Assembly (NCBI GenBank): GCA_963681965.1
Contig: OY820579.1
Coordinates: 2,912,001-2,976,000, forward strand
Source: a bacterium
Lineage (GTDB): Bacteria > Electryoneota > JAOADG01
Reading direction: 5' to 3'
DNA: 64,000 bases
Shown here: positions 59,849-64,000 of the stretch, piece after piece
Position numbering within the stretch: the first letter of the stretch is position 1
How the letters are laid out: every line of letters begins with the position of its first letter
The notes under the pieces: generated by a model
What the model was told of the DNA's origin: nothing
What the model saw: only the letters and a program-made list of their open reading frames with translations
Database searches by the model: none
Translations under genes and position numbers: made by a program

Positions 59849-61390
59849 CTACCAATATCGCAGCGGCTTAATCGCATCCAATGCATAGCGAATACGGGAA
59901 GTCAATAGCGGTGCCGCTTCTAGCAACCTCCCCGCTTCCTCTACCGCATATCGCTGTTTCAAAAATTCGGCAAATTCGATCCGGTATTCATCGCGATCCG
60001 GTGCCAATTCCACCGCTTTCAGAAAATGCTCCATCCCATTCCAGAGGAACATCGGCAAGCTCGATCGCGAAAAACCGGGATCATAATCGTGACCCAGTTT
60101 CGTCAATGCATTCGCTGTCGCAAAATGACAATATCCGGGATCGGTCTTTAATTGATCCGGAATAAAATCGCTGCCGAGAATATCGCGCAGTGCCATCCGA
60201 AGCTGCGGAATCGCCGACTTCGGATCATTTTCCAATTCACTCCAGGCTAGCGCGAGCCGCAAGTACATGGACGTTGGAATTGCTTTCACCGCTTGCTGCA
60301 GCGTCGGGGTGATCTTGTCGCGCTGTTCGAGTTGCCATAGCAATGATGCACGATCCAGCCATGTTGCCTCATCGAAGTTCTCAACCGCACCCAATAGGGG
60401 CAATCCCCCATTCAACCAGATTTCCCGCTGCGGATGATTCTGCCAGCGCAATGCCATCCGTACTGGCACACCGGCATACTGCCATTCGGGAATATGAGGA
60501 TGCGATCCTTTCGGAGCCTCTTTCAGATACTTTGCCAATTGCTCGGAGCGATGCGTGAGTAGATGGCGCGAGTTCACCTCGTGCATTCCGGTAAAGCCAA
60601 TACTGGCAGCTTTCGTCGGTCGTGTCAGGATCAAATCGATCTGATCGCGAATAGTGTCCGGATCGTAACTCAGTAGATGTTTATTCTCGACAAACAGACG
60701 CGCCCAACATTGATCGCATTCCTCCGTCAACACCAGCGCACCGCACGCCATTGCCTCGAAGAGCCGTAGATTTACCGAGGGAAACATGTTCTCATTGATC
60801 ACGACCTGCGCGCGGCGGTAGAGATCAGCAACCTCCTGCGCTGAAACATTCCGCGTTCCACCACCATCGACAATCATCACGTCGCAGCACTGCTGAACCA
60901 CTTTTAACAGCGCCGAGCGCTTTGGTCGCCGGGCGCTATCAATTGTACCGACAAACAAAAATGGAATATCGCGCTGCTCCCACTTCCGGTCACCGTGATA
61001 GTACAAATCGCTATCAGCCGAAAGCGGGAGCCATTCGACTTTCATCGCAGGATCGTTATAGAAGCCATACTCATGCGGTTGATCGACCAGTAGCAGCGAC
61101 AAAGCCGGTGCGGCACGACGCATCCAGAACCGGTGGAGCGGTGCATCGGGTAGAAATGTTATAATTGGACATGATAAAGTGTTCAAATCGGCGGGAAAGA
61201 CTACCGGCGAGATCGCACCAGAGATGAATAAAACATCGTCAGGCTGGATGAATTTGGCGATCTCCGGACCAGTCCAAGCTGATAGAGGAAACGGAGTGGT
61301 TGCGTCATCCGGTGTTAAATGCAGCACTTCGAAGCCTAATCGGCGTAACCCCTCAACAAATAATCCATCACCCAATACGACAATGCGCAT
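59849..61390 (-). CDS. CgeB-like glycosyltransferase (GT-B) with C-terminal helical/TPR-like region
   Basis: LPLSAD, FLFVGT, LYRRAQVVINE, NLRLFEAMACGALVLTE; real start MRIVVLG at 61390 with GGAG RBS. Confidence 0.8.
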   Translation of the reverse strand: MRIVVLGDGLFVEGLRRLGFEVLHLTPDDATTPFPLSAWTGPEIAKFIQPDDVLFISGAISPVVFPADLNTLSCPIITFLPDAPLHRFWMRRAAPALSLLLVDQPHEYGFYNDPAMKVEWLPLSADSDLYYHGDRKWEQRDIPFLFVGTIDSARRPKRSALLKVVQQCCDVMIVDGGGTRNVSAQEVADLYRRAQVVINENMFPSVNLRLFEAMACGALVLTEECDQCWARLFVENKHLLSYDPDTIRDQIDLILTRPTKAASIGFTGMHEVNSRHLLTHRSEQLAKYLKEAPKGSHPHIPEWQYAGVPVRMALRWQNHPQREIWLNGGLPLLGAVENFDEATWLDRASLLWQLEQRDKITPTLQQAVKAIPTSMYLRLALAWSELENDPKSAIPQLRMALRDILGSDFIPDQLKTDPGYCHFATANALTKLGHDYDPGFSRSSLPMFLWNGMEHFLKAVELAPDRDEYRIEFAEFLKQRYAVEEAGRLLEAAPLLTSRIRYALDAIKPLRYW

Positions 61391-61478
61391 GGAATGCTCC
61401 AAATTGAAACGGTGTTTACAATACGTGATTAAGAGGAATTTACGTATTATCTTCCTAATAAGAAATGGAGCTAGAATT

Positions 61479-62369
61479 ATGCGCGTCGTAACTCGAGCCG
61501 ATCTGGACGGTATTGTCTGTGCCGTGATCCTGAAACGGGTCATCAAGGTGACCGATTATCTGTTTACTGAAGCCTTCCCGCTGCAACATGGCGAAGTGGA
61601 AATTCGCGAAGGCGATGTCATCAATAATTTACCCTATCGGGAAGGGTGTACACTTTGGTTCGATCACCACGCCTCGAATGAACCGAGCGGTGAGATTCCC
61701 GGTAAATGGGCGCTGGAGCCATCAGCAGCCCGCGTCGTTTTCGACAATTATGAGGCACATTCACCGCAAATCCACGCATTCTCAGAGATGGTGCACCAAA
61801 CTGATCGTGTCGATTCTGCGAATATCACTGCCGAAGAGATTGCCAATCCCAGTGGGTTCTTTCTAATCGAGTTAACAATCAATCCTAAGCAGCCCGCCGA
61901 TGAGCCGTATTGGTTACATCTCATTGATTTGATGAATCGGTCCGACGGTAAGGTTGCAGCAATCCTTGCCGATCCCGAAGTCAAGAAACGCACTGATGTG
62001 GTACTTGAAGAAATTGAACAGTATCGCACATTATTAGCGAAACACTCGCAATTGCGTAACAACATCGTAGTAACCGATCTCCGATCGATCGACAAATTGC
62101 CAGCCGAAAATCGGTTCCTGATCTACGGGATGTTTCCGGAAGCGGAAGTCTCGGTAAAACTGGCATCTGTTCGAAGCGACAAAGGGCATCTTGTGAAAAT
62201 ATCACTCGGACGGTCGATCGTGAACCGAAACTCCACCGTTAACTTAGGGGAATTGCTTGCAAAACATGGTGGTGGCGGACATGCTGCAGCCGGTTCGGTC
62301 CATGTTCCCTTTGGCGAAGAAGAACCGGTACTGTCCAATTTATTGTCCGCGCTAATTGTCGAAGTTTGA
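61479..62369 (+). CDS. DHH/DHHA1 phosphoesterase (NrnB / exopolyphosphatase-like)
   Basis: MRVVTRADLDG, NLPY, FDHHASN, PSAARVV, GGGGHAAAG; ATG 61479 with GGAG RBS. Confidence 0.88.
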   Translation: MRVVTRADLDGIVCAVILKRVIKVTDYLFTEAFPLQHGEVEIREGDVINNLPYREGCTLWFDHHASNEPSGEIPGKWALEPSAARVVFDNYEAHSPQIHAFSEMVHQTDRVDSANITAEEIANPSGFFLIELTINPKQPADEPYWLHLIDLMNRSDGKVAAILADPEVKKRTDVVLEEIEQYRTLLAKHSQLRNNIVVTDLRSIDKLPAENRFLIYGMFPEAEVSVKLASVRSDKGHLVKISLGRSIVNRNSTVNLGELLAKHGGGGHAAAGSVHVPFGEEEPVLSNLLSALIVEV

Positions 62370-62434
62370 TACAGAAACAAATTTTCGAGAAAAACGTATT
62401 ACATTACGTATTGTAAACCCTACGGAAGGTCAAC

Positions 62435-63055
62435 ATGAGCTTAGTTCCTATTGTAGTCGAACAAACCGGTCGCGGCGAACGCGCATTCGACATCTTCAGC
62501 CGCTTGCTCAAAGAGCGCATTATTTTCCTCGGCACCCCCATCGACGACCAGATCGCCTCTCTTATTGTGGCGCAACTTCTCTTCTTGGATGCCGAAGATC
62601 CCGACAAGGAAATCCAACTCTATATCAATAGTCCGGGAGGCATGGTCACGGCTGGACTAGCGATTTACGACACGATGCAACATGTGCGCTCTCCAGTGAG
62701 CACTATTTGCACCGGTATGGCTGCCTCGATGGGAGCACTCCTCCTCACCGCCGGTGAACCGGGTCGCAGATTGGCACTACCCAACAGTAAGATCATGATT
62801 CATCAGCCCTCGGGCGGTGCACGAGGACAGGCGTCCGACATCTTGATCGAAGCGGAAGAAATTTTGAAGATCAAGAAACAATTAAATGGAATTCTTGCAA
62901 AGCACACGGGACAACCGATTGAGGTCATTGATCGCGACACCGACCGGAATAACTACATGACTCCCGATGAAGCACTGAAGTACGGTATCATCGATTCCGT
63001 TCTGGTGAAACAGCCTGTCAGCGATAAAGAAACATCGAAATCGAAAAAGAAATAG
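62435..63055 (+). CDS. clpP: ATP-dependent Clp protease proteolytic subunit
   Basis: [45 protein letters not shown]. Confidence 0.97.
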   Translation: MSLVPIVVEQTGRGERAFDIFSRLLKERIIFLGTPIDDQIASLIVAQLLFLDAEDPDKEIQLYINSPGGMVTAGLAIYDTMQHVRSPVSTICTGMAASMGALLLTAGEPGRRLALPNSKIMIHQPSGGARGQASDILIEAEEILKIKKQLNGILAKHTGQPIEVIDRDTDRNNYMTPDEALKYGIIDSVLVKQPVSDKETSKSKKK

Positions 63056-63072
63056 TATTTAGTTTCAATCGC

Positions 63073-63102
63073 AAAAAGGGAGGTTTTCCTCCCTTTTTTT
63101 TT
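63073..63102 (+). terminator. Intrinsic terminator after clpP
   Basis: AAAAAGGGAGG-TTTT-CCTCCCTTTTTTTTT. Confidence 0.85.
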
Positions 63103-63180
63103 ATTTTAGTTGGATTAGTATAGATCCTCGGAGTAGTTTTAAAGATATTTATACCTATCCTTTTTGAAAGCGAGTTCAAT

Positions 63181-64000
63181 ATGATCTCTCCGATGGAAAC
63201 TGCGACCTTCGATTTGGTTACTGGAATTGCCGAGGCAGTCGACCTTATCAATCCAATTGTAGCTAATCATCACAAGAAAGTTGCCTATTTTGCGACAGCA
63301 CTGGCACTTGAAGGCGGATTATCCGAAAAAGAACGCGAGGAGATATTAATTGCAGGAATGTTGCACGATATCGGTGCAATCTCGCTTCAGGAACGGAAGA
63401 ATTTACTCTTCTTTCAAGCAGAACGAACGGTCTCCCACTGCGAAATCGGGTATCGATTGTTGAAGATGTTTCCACCATTTGCGAACATCGCCGAGATCGT
63501 CCGTTACCACCACACACCGTGGCGCAACGGCGAAGGAACGTATCAAAGTGGATACGATATTCCATTATCCAGTCATCTGATTCATTTAGCCGATCGCATT
63601 GCAGTATGCATTGAGCCGAATGAAGATATTCTCGATCAGTCTAATCACATTCTAGCGACCATAATAAAACACAAGAATACGCTGTTTCATCCTGAACATG
63701 TGGAATGGTTTGAAGCGTTGGCAGACAAAGAGTTTTTTTGGTTGGAAGCAACAGTTCCAAACATTGATTACTACCTTCGCAGTCACGTATCGTTAAGTCG
63801 GTATCAGCTTGAAGTCGATGATTTAGTTTCACTTGCACAAGTTTTTGCCCACGTGATAGATTTCAAGAGTACTTTTACCGCGACCCATTCGGCTGGAGTT
63901 AGTGTGGTTGCCGACAAACTGGCACAACTACTTCGATTTCAAGAAGAAGACCGCAAACTGATCCAAGTTGCTGGCTACCTCCATGATATTGGAAAATTAG
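63181..64000 (+). CDS. HD-GYP-type phosphohydrolase with tandem HD domains; runs off the right edge
   Basis: Absent from the ORF track. Reads MISPMETATFDLVTGIAEAVDLINPIVANHHKKVA...GMLHDIG...VRYHH...IHLADRI...IDFKSTFTATHSAGV...AGYLHDIGKL. Confidence 0.88.
   Translation, partial: MISPMETATFDLVTGIAEAVDLINPIVANHHKKVAYFATALALEGGLSEKEREEILIAGMLHDIGAISLQERKNLLFFQAERTVSHCEIGYRLLKMFPPFANIAEIVRYHHTPWRNGEGTYQSGYDIPLSSHLIHLADRIAVCIEPNEDILDQSNHILATIIKHKNTLFHPEHVEWFEALADKEFFWLEATVPNIDYYLRSHVSLSRYQLEVDDLVSLAQVFAHVIDFKSTFTATHSAGVSVVADKLAQLLRFQEEDRKLIQVAGYLHDIGKL

Noticed and set aside
59451-59855. 134-aa ORF upstream of and overlapping tmRNA
   Set aside because: It runs through the tmRNA and a palindromic repeat, with no protein-like features.
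61179-61546. Apparent 370-bp overlap of divergent genes (59849-61546 and 61179-62369)
   Set aside because: An artefact of longest-ORF starts; RBS-supported starts at 61390 and 61479 remove the overlap.
63263-63838. Minus-strand ORFs near the right edge
   Set aside because: Shadows of the + strand HD-GYP gene starting at 63181.

Overview
A 64 kb chromosomal window from a diderm, LPS-making bacterium (kdsA/kdsD), probably a poorly characterised FCB-group lineage. That placement is inferred from six complete genes ending in a 'YPNPFN' T9SS/FlgD-type C-terminal sorting domain. Housekeeping content: secG with tRNA-Leu(GAG), an EttA-like ABC-F protein, thyX, sua5/tsaC, sppA, MoxR/DUF58, kdsA/kdsD, tmRNA, a DHH phosphoesterase, clpP and an HD-GYP protein. 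Accessory content: large secreted hydrolases and beta-propeller proteins, two poly-HAMP chemoreceptors, a 17-haem cytochrome c fused to a cytochrome b, and a 4.6 kb integrase-less island at tRNA-Val carrying an IS3 element. Between kdsD and tmRNA, clusters of mixed REP-like palindromes flank an AT-rich orphan gene. Most promising observations: (1) an unannotated 71-aa membrane protein with an in-frame UGA, a U-x4-C motif and a correctly placed SECIS-like hairpin (candidate selenoprotein); (2) a TonB-dependent receptor, YfiR and chemoreceptor cluster (candidate trans-envelope input into chemotaxis); (3) sharply GC-mosaic secreted-protein genes suggesting core or CTD swapping; (4) palindrome clusters with compensatory base changes flanking cargo DNA. 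All calls come from reading the sequence; no database searches were run.
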